From Ignicoccus hospitalis KIN4/I (lineage in GTDB: Archaea > Thermoproteota > Thermoprotei_A > Sulfolobales > Ignicoccaceae), in assembly GCF_000017945.1 (NCBI RefSeq), contig NC_009776.1, positions 780,001 through 812,000 on the forward strand: DNA of 32,000 nucleotides, in the 5' to 3' direction. Position numbers and translations under genes: made by a program. Positions within the stretch are counted from its first letter, which is position 1. Each line of letters opens with the position of its first letter. Positions 1 through 8,435 of this stretch are shown here, piece after piece. Below the pieces are notes generated by a model. It saw nothing but the letters and a program-made list of their open reading frames with translations. It was not told the origin of the DNA and did not search any database.

Positions 1-924
1 TACCAAGCCGACTTCGAGGTCTTCGGGGCCTCGTCGCCGTACCAAGACTCGGAACTCTTGACCATGCTCCACGAGTACTACGAGAACTTGGGGCTCCCCC
101 ACGAGATACTCCTCGGCAGCGTTAAGGCTCTGAGGGGCGTCCTGTCCGAGGAAGGCATAGAAGAGAGGGACCAAGACGTGGTCCTTCACTACGTAGACAA
201 AGGCATGATAGATAAGGCCTTGGAGCTTGTGGAGAACAAGGCGAGGAGGCCGGAGAGGGCCAAGGAGGCGGTCGCCGTATTGTCGACCAAGGAGGGGGGC
301 GAGGAGGTAATCAAAGAGGGGAAGGAGTTGATGGAGTCTTGGGGCTACAAGTACCGTTTCGAGGACTTAGAAGAGGTGTTGAAGTATCTCCCGGATGACG
401 TGAAGAGTGTAATAAGGTTGAAGTTGGGCTTCGCCCGCGGCTTGGCGTATTACACTGGTTTAATTTATGAAGTAAGGGTGCCGGGGTTCCCGGTGTCGGT
501 GGCCGGAGGGGGGAGGTACGACGCGCTCACGGAGGTTTACGGTTGGGAGAGGGTGCCGGCGACAGGCTTCGCCATAGGTTTGGACAGAACCGCCCTAGCG
601 TTGATGAAAGAGGGAAGGAGGTTCGTGTTCAGACCAACCGTCGCCGTGTTGCCCTTAGCCGAGGAGGCGAGGAAGGTAGCCTTAGAGGTCCAGAGGGAGC
701 TCGCCTCCTTAGACGTAAACTCCTTCTTGCTAACCGAACAGAAGAGTATTAAGAAGGCACTTTCCTTTGCCTCTTCCATGAATGCTAAGGTTGCTATAAT
801 AATAGGGAAGAAGGAGGTAGAGGAGAATAAAGTTACCATAAAGAACTTGGAAAAGGGCCTCCAAGTGAGCTGCGGGCGGGCGGAGCTGTTGGACTGTTTG
901 AGCGAGACGTTGAAAACTCCGTGA
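1..924 (+). CDS. hisS: histidyl-tRNA synthetase, C-terminal ~307 codons (5' end outside window)
   Basis: Frame 1 is open from base 1 (YQADFEVFG, class II motif 2 region). [18 protein letters not shown] and [10 protein letters not shown] (motif 3) are typical HisRS, followed by an anticodon-binding-like C-terminus. Confidence 0.9.
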   Translation, partial: YQADFEVFGASSPYQDSELLTMLHEYYENLGLPHEILLGSVKALRGVLSEEGIEERDQDVVLHYVDKGMIDKALELVENKARRPERAKEAVAVLSTKEGGEEVIKEGKELMESWGYKYRFEDLEEVLKYLPDDVKSVIRLKLGFARGLAYYTGLIYEVRVPGFPVSVAGGGRYDALTEVYGWERVPATGFAIGLDRTALALMKEGRRFVFRPTVAVLPLAEEARKVALEVQRELASLDVNSFLLTEQKSIKKALSFASSMNAKVAIIIGKKEVEENKVTIKNLEKGLQVSCGRAELLDCLSETLKTP

Positions 925-1514
925 GCGAGAACAGCTCTCGGGGGACGCTCTTGAGTTTAGAGAAGCTGGGTCCCGGGAAGGACGCCCCCGAGGTCGTTAA
1001 CGTAGTGATAGAAATACCTATGGGAGGCTACGTCAAGTACGAGATGGACAAAGATACTGGGTTAATAAAGGTGGACAGAGTGCTCTACACCGCTATGTAC
1101 TACCCCTTCAACTACGGCTTCATACCGGGCACGCTGGAAGAGGACGGCGACCCCGTGGACGTCTTGGTCCTGAGCTACGACCCCTTCTACCCCGGCACCT
1201 ACCTAAAAGCCAAGCCGGTCGGCGTGCTCCTCATGGAGGATGAAGAAGGTCCCGACAGCAAGATTATCGCCGTCCCGGTGGAGAAGGTCGACCCGAGGTT
1301 CAAGGACATTAAGGACGTCAACGACATACCACAGATAATAAAGGACAAGATAAAACACTTCTTCGAACACTACAAGGAGCTGGAACCCGGCAAGTGGGTC
1401 AAGATAAAGGACTGGTTACCGAAGGAGGAAGCTTACAAGAAAATAAAGGCGGCCATCGACCGGTATCAACAAAATAAGCGCTCGAGCGCCCTAACGAGCG
1501 GGCAAGGGCAGTGA
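921..1514 (+). CDS. ppa: family I soluble inorganic pyrophosphatase
   Basis: [28 protein letters not shown] and KIIAVP motifs. GTGA start/stop overlap with hisS. Confidence 0.95.
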   Translation: MSENSSRGTLLSLEKLGPGKDAPEVVNVVIEIPMGGYVKYEMDKDTGLIKVDRVLYTAMYYPFNYGFIPGTLEEDGDPVDVLVLSYDPFYPGTYLKAKPVGVLLMEDEEGPDSKIIAVPVEKVDPRFKDIKDVNDIPQIIKDKIKHFFEHYKELEPGKWVKIKDWLPKEEAYKKIKAAIDRYQQNKRSSALTSGQGQ

Positions 1515-1996
1515 TAACCTACGACGTACTCATTTTAACTCTCAGCGGAGTGCTGCTCGCCCACGGGTCCTTCGAGGTCCCCGCGGGGGACTTGTCGTGG
1601 ACCTTCTTCTACCCGTGCCCTCGCTGTGAAAACGTATTGGAGGTTATGTTAACTCCCCCGGAGAAGTTCTTGAACTTCGAGGGCGGAAAGTACGTGGGGC
1701 CCGGGGCCTTGGGCTTCCCAAACGGCATAATACCTTGTAACAAGTACGAGGTGGTTGAAGGGGGCGTCAAGTACTTGGTCTGCGCCCACAAGAACGTAAT
1801 CGTGTACGAGCGCTACCTCAAGGACTTCGCAGTACAGGTGAGCCTGAAGCCCACCTTAAAGGCCCTCGAGCTGGTACCCTTCGTCACCGACCCAGCCAGT
1901 CCTGGCAGTAAGGCAATAGTATCGTTCTTAGCGGCGCTCATAGCCACCTTTTCTGCGGTCGCTTTCCTAAAAAGGCACGAGCTGGTGGTGATGTGA
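1511..1996 (+). CDS. hypothetical protein with N-terminal signal/anchor and C-terminal hydrophobic tail
   Basis: 161-aa ORF. Hydrophobic N-terminus ([14 protein letters not shown]), Cys pairs (CPRC) and a C-terminal TM-like segment ([18 protein letters not shown]). GTGA overlap with the ppa stop. No family recognised. Confidence 0.55.
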   Translation: MITYDVLILTLSGVLLAHGSFEVPAGDLSWTFFYPCPRCENVLEVMLTPPEKFLNFEGGKYVGPGALGFPNGIIPCNKYEVVEGGVKYLVCAHKNVIVYERYLKDFAVQVSLKPTLKALELVPFVTDPASPGSKAIVSFLAALIATFSAVAFLKRHELVVM

Positions 1997-1999
1997 GCT

Positions 2000-2476
2000 T
2001 TGTCCTTCCGGCTGACCCCTCTGGAACTCACGGTCTTGCTGTTGAGTGAGAAGGGCTACAGCTTGAAGAAGATAGCAGAGATTTTGAATATGGACGAGGA
2101 CATGTTAGAGGACGTAGTTAAGGAGTTGGTAGAGAAGGGTTTCGCGAAGGAGGTAAAGAAGAAGAAGCTGTTCGGGAGGGAGAGGTACTTGATCTTGACG
2201 GACGAGGGGAAGAGGGCGCTGAGGGAGGTCGCGGAAGTCATGTCCAACGTGCTGGCGAGCGTGAAGGGAATGGTTGAGAAGGGAAATATAGACGGTGCCA
2301 GGGCGTTCTTGTCCAAATACATCGAATACTTGCCATACGCGCCCTTGTTGGGGGTCGCCGAGAGGTCGTTTGTAGAGAGCTTGATTAGGAAGATGGGGTA
2401 CGTGCCGGCATACGCCCCGCCTCAAGAGCTTTATGAAGAGGAGCCCGTGTGGAGCTCTTGGGAGGAGGAGCTTTAG
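2000..2476 (+). CDS. hypothetical winged-helix/HTH-like protein with acidic C-terminus
   Basis: LTPLELTVLLLSEKGYSLKKIAEILNMDEDMLEDVVKELVEKGF looks like an HTH/wHTH unit. TTG start 3 nt after the upstream stop. Family not identified. Confidence 0.55.
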   Translation: MSFRLTPLELTVLLLSEKGYSLKKIAEILNMDEDMLEDVVKELVEKGFAKEVKKKKLFGRERYLILTDEGKRALREVAEVMSNVLASVKGMVEKGNIDGARAFLSKYIEYLPYAPLLGVAERSFVESLIRKMGYVPAYAPPQELYEEEPVWSSWEEEL

Positions 2477-3417
2477 ATCACTAGCTTGCGCTCCTTACTC
2501 TTCTTAACCACGTCCCTGACTTCCATATTGTGGAGCATTAGGAGCACGTTCTTCAAGTTGTGGACGAATAACATCAACCTGTACTTCAACTTTTCGTCCA
2601 ACTCCCTTTTTTCTATTTCATCCTCAACCATTTCTAATACCTCTATCTTCTCGTCCACCTCGCTCAACCTCTCCCCCGCGCTTTCTATGCTGTGCAAGAA
2701 GTCAACTACTTCCTTGGCTATGTTAAGGACGTCTATGACCTCCTTCCTTCCGTCCCCCAACGACTGGGCTAAGGGCACCAAGCTGTCCGAAGTCATTTCC
2801 AACGACGTCAGCAAGTTTGTCACGAAGATGTCCGGCTCTGAGGACGAGTTCAAAGTACGGAGCGCGAGGCGGTAGAGCTTGTCTACCTCGTTCTCCAACT
2901 CTTGTAGGTACTCGAGTTGGTCCCCTTCTAGCAATTGCCCTATCATTAAGGATATCAAGCCTACGAGCCTCTTGGTCAGCTCCGTCGGGTTCTGTTCGCT
3001 CCCGCTTATGAACGTTTGAAGCACCATCTCGTTGGGCCTTTGCTCCACTATCTCCAACCCTATCAACTGGTTCATAGCGGTCTTGACGTGTTTCATTATT
3101 TGGTATAACAGCGAATTGTTTTCGAATGTTATTCTTATTATGTCCGTGCCGGCTATGTAGGCCGCTATTATAGCTCTGTAGAGACCTTCAACCCTCCCCT
3201 TGACCTCAATTGTAACCGTCACCTTTTCTGAAGAGACCGACGTATCGGGCACTATCTTTATGTAGTTATCTTCTATCACCAAGGTGAGGACGTCGCCGGC
3301 CTTCAGCCCCTTCTTCTTTATCCAGTCCGCGGGAAGCGACACGACTAAGGTAGAACGCCCTAGCCTCACTAACCTCCTTCGTTCTATCAATATCGCCACT
3401 CCGGTATATGCATACAT
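2473..3417 (-). CDS. AbrB/SpoVT-domain plus PhoU-like domain regulator (archaeal phosphate uptake regulator-like)
   Basis: N-terminal LGRSTLVVSLPADWIKKKGLKAGDVL (SpoVT/AbrB swapped hairpin), followed by a helical repeat domain of PhoU type. The true start may be an internal GTG (3399) or TTG (3390), because the only A/T box (3427-3435) lies 14 nt from ATG 3417. Confidence 0.8.
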   Translation of the reverse strand: MYAYTGVAILIERRRLVRLGRSTLVVSLPADWIKKKGLKAGDVLTLVIEDNYIKIVPDTSVSSEKVTVTIEVKGRVEGLYRAIIAAYIAGTDIIRITFENNSLLYQIMKHVKTAMNQLIGLEIVEQRPNEMVLQTFISGSEQNPTELTKRLVGLISLMIGQLLEGDQLEYLQELENEVDKLYRLALRTLNSSSEPDIFVTNLLTSLEMTSDSLVPLAQSLGDGRKEVIDVLNIAKEVVDFLHSIESAGERLSEVDEKIEVLEMVEDEIEKRELDEKLKYRLMLFVHNLKNVLLMLHNMEVRDVVKKSKERKLVI

Positions 3418-3467
3418 TTACACAGATTATTAAAAGAGCCTTCCATAACACGGCCCATGGAAGGAGC

Positions 3468-3692
3468 ATGAAGCTACGCTTGCTGGACGCCGAAGGTATG
3501 GCCATGTCAGGATTGGTGGAGGACGCGAAGATCGTCGAGGTGGGGAAAAACAAAGCTAAAATAGTAGTAGTTACGAACGACGGCGAGGTCTTGGAGACCG
3601 AGGAGGTCGACAAGGAAGTGGCGGCGAAGAGTTACTTCATTATCCTTCAGTACGTAAGGCAGTGGGGAAAGAGGATAAACGTCACCCGATGA
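3468..3692 (+). CDS. small hypothetical protein (74 aa)
   Basis: ATG preceded by GGAAGGAG (3458-3465). An A/T box TTATTAAAA sits about 37 nt upstream. No family recognised. Confidence 0.45.
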   Translation: MKLRLLDAEGMAMSGLVEDAKIVEVGKNKAKIVVVTNDGEVLETEEVDKEVAAKSYFIILQYVRQWGKRINVTR

Positions 3693-3737
3693 AGATTGGT
3701 ATTACCGGCGACCGGTGAGCGGTGCCCCGGAGCTGAG
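3688..3737 (+). ncRNA. candidate box C/D sRNA (2'-O-methylation guide)
   Basis: Layout: C box AUGAAGA 3689-3695, 12-nt spacer UUGGUAUUACCG, D'-like GCGA 3708-3711, weak C' GUGAGCG 3715-3721, 11-nt spacer, D box CUGA 3733-3736. The first spacer is complementary to the conserved SSU rRNA CGGUAAUACCA(G). Confidence 0.5.
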
Positions 3738-3780
3738 GCTTTAGAGTTTCCGGGGGCGAGTAAGGGGACGGTAGGAGGTT

Positions 3781-5151
3781 TTGGGAAGGCTCTTCGGCAC
3801 GGACGGAGTGAGGGGAATAACGAACGAGGGGATGACGCCGGAGCTGGCGATGAAAGTTGCCCAAGCGGCGTGTACGTGGTTAGGAGGAGGCAAGGTTCTG
3901 GTCGGGAGGGACGTCCGCTACGGCGGCGACATGCTGGTCTCAGCCGTGCTGGCGGGGCTGAGCTCTTGCGGGTGTGAGCCCTACTATGCTGGCCTCGTAC
4001 CCACGCCCGCGCTGCAGTACGCGGTACCCCGCTTGGGCTACGACATGGGCATAATGGTAACTGCCTCCCACAACCCCCCTCAGTACAACGGCGTGAAGGT
4101 GATAGGCTCGAACGGGGTCGAGGTCCCGAGGGACGCCGAGAGGGAAATAGAAGAGATCATATTCGAGAACAAAGTGCGAAGGGTACCATACTACGAGGTC
4201 AAGGAGGCGAAGCGGGAGGGCAGGGTGCTGGACGTCTATATTGATGGTATCTTGGCCGATATAGACGTACAAAAGGTAAAGAACAAGGAGTTCAAAGTGG
4301 TGGTCGATGGGGCCAACAGCGTCGGCTCCCTCGCCACGCCCTTAGTGCTGAGGAAGCTGGGAGCCAAGGTTCTGTGCTTGAACTGCAACTTGGACCCCTC
4401 TTTCCCCGGCCGTCACCCCGAGCCCACCCCTCAGAGCTTGGAGGAGACCTCCCGCGCAGCCGTAGCCGTGGGGGCCGACTTGATAGTAGCCCACGACGCC
4501 GACGCCGACAGGGCGATAATTGGCGACGAGGCCGGCGAGGTCCACTGGGGCGACCGCTCCGGGGCCTTGCTCACGGAGCACTTGGCAGAGAAGTACCCCC
4601 ACTTACCCAAGAGGACCTTCACGGGCGTCTCCTCTTCCCACATAGTAGTAGACGGCTACCTGAGGCCTAAAGGAATAGAAGTAGTCTGGACCCCCGTGGG
4701 GAGCGTGGTCATAGCACACGAGCTCATCAAGAGGGGAGGAGTGAGCGGCTTCGAGGAGAACGGCGGCTTCATGAATCCCGTCCACCAGCCGGTGAGGGAC
4801 GGTGCCATGACGGCGGCGCTGTTCTTGGAGATGCTCGCCCAGAGGGGCAAGAGGGCCTCGGAGCTGTTCTCGGCCCTCCCCAAGGCCTATGCTATAAAGG
4901 GTAAGGTTTACAGAGGCGAGAAGGAGGAGTTGCGAGGGTTGTACGAGGCCCTCAAGTCCAAGTACCAAGACTGTCAGTTCACAGAAATAGACGGCTTGAA
5001 GGTAGTCTGCGAGAACTTCTGGTTCTTGGTCCGGCCCTCGGGGACGGAGCCGGTGGTGAGGATAATGGTCGAGGCGACGGACCCGAAGAAGGCCAAGGAG
5101 GTCTACTCGGAGCTGGAGAGCTTCGTCAAGGCCTTTCTAGGCTCAACTTAA
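3781..5151 (+). CDS. alpha-D-phosphohexomutase (phosphoglucosamine mutase / phosphomannomutase family)
   Basis: GTDGVRG N-terminus, active-site TASHNPPQYNGVK, metal loop HDADADR and sugar loop GFEENGG. TTG start with GGAGG 7 nt upstream. Confidence 0.9.
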   Translation: MGRLFGTDGVRGITNEGMTPELAMKVAQAACTWLGGGKVLVGRDVRYGGDMLVSAVLAGLSSCGCEPYYAGLVPTPALQYAVPRLGYDMGIMVTASHNPPQYNGVKVIGSNGVEVPRDAEREIEEIIFENKVRRVPYYEVKEAKREGRVLDVYIDGILADIDVQKVKNKEFKVVVDGANSVGSLATPLVLRKLGAKVLCLNCNLDPSFPGRHPEPTPQSLEETSRAAVAVGADLIVAHDADADRAIIGDEAGEVHWGDRSGALLTEHLAEKYPHLPKRTFTGVSSSHIVVDGYLRPKGIEVVWTPVGSVVIAHELIKRGGVSGFEENGGFMNPVHQPVRDGAMTAALFLEMLAQRGKRASELFSALPKAYAIKGKVYRGEKEELRGLYEALKSKYQDCQFTEIDGLKVVCENFWFLVRPSGTEPVVRIMVEATDPKKAKEVYSELESFVKAFLGST

Positions 5152-5183
5152 ATGCCTCTCCAAGTGCCGCTGCCTAGAAAGAA

Positions 5184-6290
5184 ATGAAGGCGGCGCTCAA
5201 CTGGCTGGGCGACAAGCTGGCCGCTTGGGCCAAGTCGCTCTACGTTCATACGCTGTGGTGGTACTCCATACTTTTTAGCAGGACGTCGGTCATCATAGCG
5301 TTCGTACTGATAACGATAGTAGTCATCAGCTCCATAATATTTCACCACGTCGAGCACAAGTCCCTTTTCGAAGCGATATACTGGGCCATAATAACGGTAA
5401 CCACCGTGGGTTACGGAGACGTCGTCCCCACGAGCTTCCAAGGGAGGCTCTTGGCTCTAGCTCTGGCCTTAAGCGGCTTCGCCGGGCTGACGGCAGCTTT
5501 GAGCATCGCGACGCACTTCATCGTGGAAAAGGCGATAAGGGAAAGGGAGGGTGAGTTAACAGTAAAAGGGACGAGGATAATGATAGTGGGCTCCTCGAGC
5601 GCGTGCGCTTACATAGCTACTCACTTGATACGGGAGGTTGGGAAGAGAGGCAGGATAGTGTGGGTCACGTCCTACGACACCCCGGAGAAGTACGTCATAA
5701 AGGCTAGGGAGGCAAGCGTCGTAATAGTAAAGGGATCCTTGACGGAGGTTGACACTTACGTGAGGGGAGGTATTGAGACGGCCAGCGATATTGTGATATG
5801 CGGTAAGAACGACAAGGAGGGGCTCTCGAGCCTTGCCGTGATAAGGAGCTTGATGGGGAAGAGCTTGTACCCCCCTAGGTTGATATTCATTGCCCACACC
5901 AAGAGGGCCGAGAAGCTCGCCTACCAAGAGTTCGGCGCCGACGTGGTGGTCGCTCTAGACTCCTTAGGCTACCTCTTCAAGGAGTCGCTGACCGACCCCA
6001 CCGCGGCCATGTTCCTCTCCGCCCTCTCGGAGGAGCACCCCAGGTTGGTCGAGGTTAACTTGTTCAAAAAGGGAGGCTTGCTCCTAGCGAAGATAGCTAA
6101 TAACGTGTACGTCTTGGGCAGGAAGGAACGCCTCACGGCACATGAGCTCTCCGACGCCTTAAGTAAGAAGAGGAAGAAGAAGATATACGTGGTGGCCAAG
6201 GTATTTGGATTGAACGAGGTCGTGCCACTGAGGCCCGGCGACTACTTGGAGCCTCACGACGTGGCCGTGGCGGTCGAGTTCGAGGACTAG
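5184..6290 (+). CDS. potassium channel (2-TM pore with cytoplasmic RCK/TrkA-N-like domain)
   Basis: Selectivity filter TVTTVGYGDVVP between two hydrophobic helices. A downstream Rossmann-like segment IMIVGSSSACAYIATHL is present. Confidence 0.85.
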   Translation: MKAALNWLGDKLAAWAKSLYVHTLWWYSILFSRTSVIIAFVLITIVVISSIIFHHVEHKSLFEAIYWAIITVTTVGYGDVVPTSFQGRLLALALALSGFAGLTAALSIATHFIVEKAIREREGELTVKGTRIMIVGSSSACAYIATHLIREVGKRGRIVWVTSYDTPEKYVIKAREASVVIVKGSLTEVDTYVRGGIETASDIVICGKNDKEGLSSLAVIRSLMGKSLYPPRLIFIAHTKRAEKLAYQEFGADVVVALDSLGYLFKESLTDPTAAMFLSALSEEHPRLVEVNLFKKGGLLLAKIANNVYVLGRKERLTAHELSDALSKKRKKKIYVVAKVFGLNEVVPLRPGDYLEPHDVAVAVEFED

Positions 6291-7090
6291 AGCTTGATCA
6301 CCGCCAACAAACTCCCGCACATCGCAACCCCCTTGCACTTGGGAGCCCACGAACACGAGTTACATCTGAACGTGAACGTGATTCGCGGCAACTCGCCCAC
6401 GTTGAAGTCTCTATATATCATAACTTTGTTATCGAGGGCTAGGCACAAGTTAGAATTACACCACTTAGCATCTTTGCCCCTCCCACGGACTTCCATTAGT
6501 TTGACGTAGTTTTCATGCTCTCTTTCAAATTTTAGTATTTGTACCTCGTCGTTGAACACTACGAGCCACTCCAAGTCCGGGGTCCAGCGAACCTTGCTCA
6601 AGTCCCATTGGTAGCTGTGGTGTGCCAACACTTCTCCGCTCTCACTCAATATTATTAGGTTATACTTGCCGGCCACCGCCAGCAAGCTGCCGCTCTCGGT
6701 CCTCTCCAAGCGGACCACCGGCAACTCCTCCGCTACCCTGATCTCCTTAACCACTTTCCCTTCTTTCACTATCAGTATCCTCCCGTCTTCCGTGCCCACG
6801 GCGAAGCCGCCGTCCACGCCGACGACGCTGAGGGCTCCTTCCAGCTTCACCGATCTCTCCTTTACGTTCTCCAACCCTTCGGAGAAGTCCAACATCATTA
6901 ATCTTTTTTTAGAAACCGCCCCCAACACCTTGCCGCTCCAACCCAAGTCGCTGAACTTGGTTAGGCCCCCCTTGACCACGTACCTCCCGTCTAGGTCTAG
7001 AACGCCTACTCCGAAGGTCTCTCTTAGGACAGCTATGTAGGGACCCCATTCGACCTTCGAACACTTAATGTTGAACTTTTTCAACAGCAC
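6287..7090 (-). CDS. hypothetical protein, beta-propeller-like repeats
   Basis: 267-aa ORF with repeated short beta-strand/turn units (GRILIVKEGKVV, GSLLAVAGKYNLIIL, EWLVVFNDEVQIL) and a Cys-rich C-terminus. GTG start. Family not recognised. Confidence 0.6.
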   Translation of the reverse strand: MLLKKFNIKCSKVEWGPYIAVLRETFGVGVLDLDGRYVVKGGLTKFSDLGWSGKVLGAVSKKRLMMLDFSEGLENVKERSVKLEGALSVVGVDGGFAVGTEDGRILIVKEGKVVKEIRVAEELPVVRLERTESGSLLAVAGKYNLIILSESGEVLAHHSYQWDLSKVRWTPDLEWLVVFNDEVQILKFEREHENYVKLMEVRGRGKDAKWCNSNLCLALDNKVMIYRDFNVGELPRITFTFRCNSCSWAPKCKGVAMCGSLLAVIKL

Positions 7091-7110
7091 CTTATCATCA
7101 CCCTAGGCGT

Positions 7111-8403
7111 TTGAATGTGAAGAAGGTGGCGGCCGTCGGCGGACTCGACCCCTCGGGGGGCGCCGGGATAGAGATGGACGTCAAGGTCGGCAGCGCCGTA
7201 GGCGTTCACGTTCACCCAGTGGCGACGGCCATCACTTACCAAACGCCCACCGAGTTCTACGGCTCTAAGTGCACCGATATAGAGGTTCTGGAAGGCCAAC
7301 TCAAGGCCGTAAAGGGAGTGCGGAACTGGAAGCTAGGGATGCTCTGTAACGAAAGGATCGCGGAGACCTTGTTGAAGTACTTAGAAGGGGTGGTTGTGGT
7401 AGATCCCGTACTCAAGGCCACGGCCGGAGGAACGCTCTACGAGGGCAGTCTGGAAACTTACAAGAAGATCTTGTCGGTCTCCTTCGCAGTCACCCCCAAC
7501 GCGCTCGAGGCCGAGGCCCTCACGGGCTTGAGGGTCCGCACGGTGGATGACGCCATAAGGGCGGCAGAGGCCTTGGCAGAGGCGGGCCCTAAACTCGTGG
7601 TAATAACTGGAGGTCACTTGGAGATCTTCGCCGACGTGATATATTACGACGGGTACGTAGAGGTGATAAGGGGGACGAGGAAGGTAACCTCCTTCCACGG
7701 GTCGGGGAGCTTCATGGCCATGGCATTGGCTTCCTACTTGGCGTTGGGGGAGGCCCCGGTGGTCGCCGCGAGGAAGGCCGTGGGCTACACTAGGGTCGCG
7801 CACCTCTTCTCCCAAGGCAAGGAGGCCCTCGATCCCCTGTACCAAATGAGGTACGACGCGGTCAGACACTGTATGTACGAGGAGTACAAGTACTTCATAG
7901 AGTGGCTTGAAAGCTTGCCCTTTGAGAAGGCAAAGAAGATCGCGCCGGAGGTAGGGATAAACGTCGCCTACTCGGTCCCGAAGGAGTTGGTGAGGGGCAA
8001 GGGCTCGGTGCTAGGGGTCCCCGGGAGGCTACGGCTGACCCCCAGAGGCCTTAGGTCTTGTTGCAACCCTTGGTGGGGCCAAGCCGACCACACGGCGCGC
8101 TTGCTGCTGGAGGCCCAGAAGTACAACCCGAAGCTGAGGGTCGCCATGAACATAAGGTACAGCCCGGAGAACGTCGCCGCGCTCTCCGGCGCGGGCTACG
8201 AGGTCTACGAGCTCAAGAGGGAGACCGAGCCGCCGGGGGAGGAGAGTATGAGGTGGGCAGCGAAGAAGGCCTACTCCGACTTGGGCAAGGTGCCGGACGT
8301 CATATACGACAAGGGCTTCTACGGCAAGGAAGCCATGATAAGGTTGCTCACTGAGGGCTTAGAGGAGCTTAAGGAAATGTTGAGGGTAGTCCTCCAGATT
8401 TAA
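7111..8403 (+). CDS. thiDN: bifunctional hydroxymethylpyrimidine/phosphomethylpyrimidine kinase plus ThiN-type thiamine-phosphate synthase
   Basis: N-terminal ThiD ribokinase-fold motifs (GGLDPSGGAGI, VVDPVL, ITGGH, GSGSF). The roughly 170-aa C-terminal domain is typical of archaeal ThiN fusions. Confidence 0.85.
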   Translation: MNVKKVAAVGGLDPSGGAGIEMDVKVGSAVGVHVHPVATAITYQTPTEFYGSKCTDIEVLEGQLKAVKGVRNWKLGMLCNERIAETLLKYLEGVVVVDPVLKATAGGTLYEGSLETYKKILSVSFAVTPNALEAEALTGLRVRTVDDAIRAAEALAEAGPKLVVITGGHLEIFADVIYYDGYVEVIRGTRKVTSFHGSGSFMAMALASYLALGEAPVVAARKAVGYTRVAHLFSQGKEALDPLYQMRYDAVRHCMYEEYKYFIEWLESLPFEKAKKIAPEVGINVAYSVPKELVRGKGSVLGVPGRLRLTPRGLRSCCNPWWGQADHTARLLLEAQKYNPKLRVAMNIRYSPENVAALSGAGYEVYELKRETEPPGEESMRWAAKKAYSDLGKVPDVIYDKGFYGKEAMIRLLTEGLEELKEMLRVVLQI

Positions 8404-8435
8404 GGAGCCTTTGGGGAGACGCGGCGGCGAAGGCC

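Noticed and set aside
3427-3435. TTATTAAAA considered as a symmetric bidirectional promoter for the PhoU-like gene and the small ORF.
   Set aside because: It is 37 nt from ATG 3468 but only 14 nt from ATG 3417, so it is not symmetric. It can serve the minus gene only if that gene starts at an internal GTG or TTG, and this is unresolved.
5270-5345. An antisense C/D-like pattern inside the K+ channel gene: CUGAUGA, 12 nt, UCAG, then UAUGAUGA, 11 nt, CUAA.
   Set aside because: The D and D' positions lack the essential CUGA (they read UCAG and CUAA). The ATCATC strings are explained by Ile/Asp codons of a TM segment on the coding strand. I recognised no rRNA complementarity.
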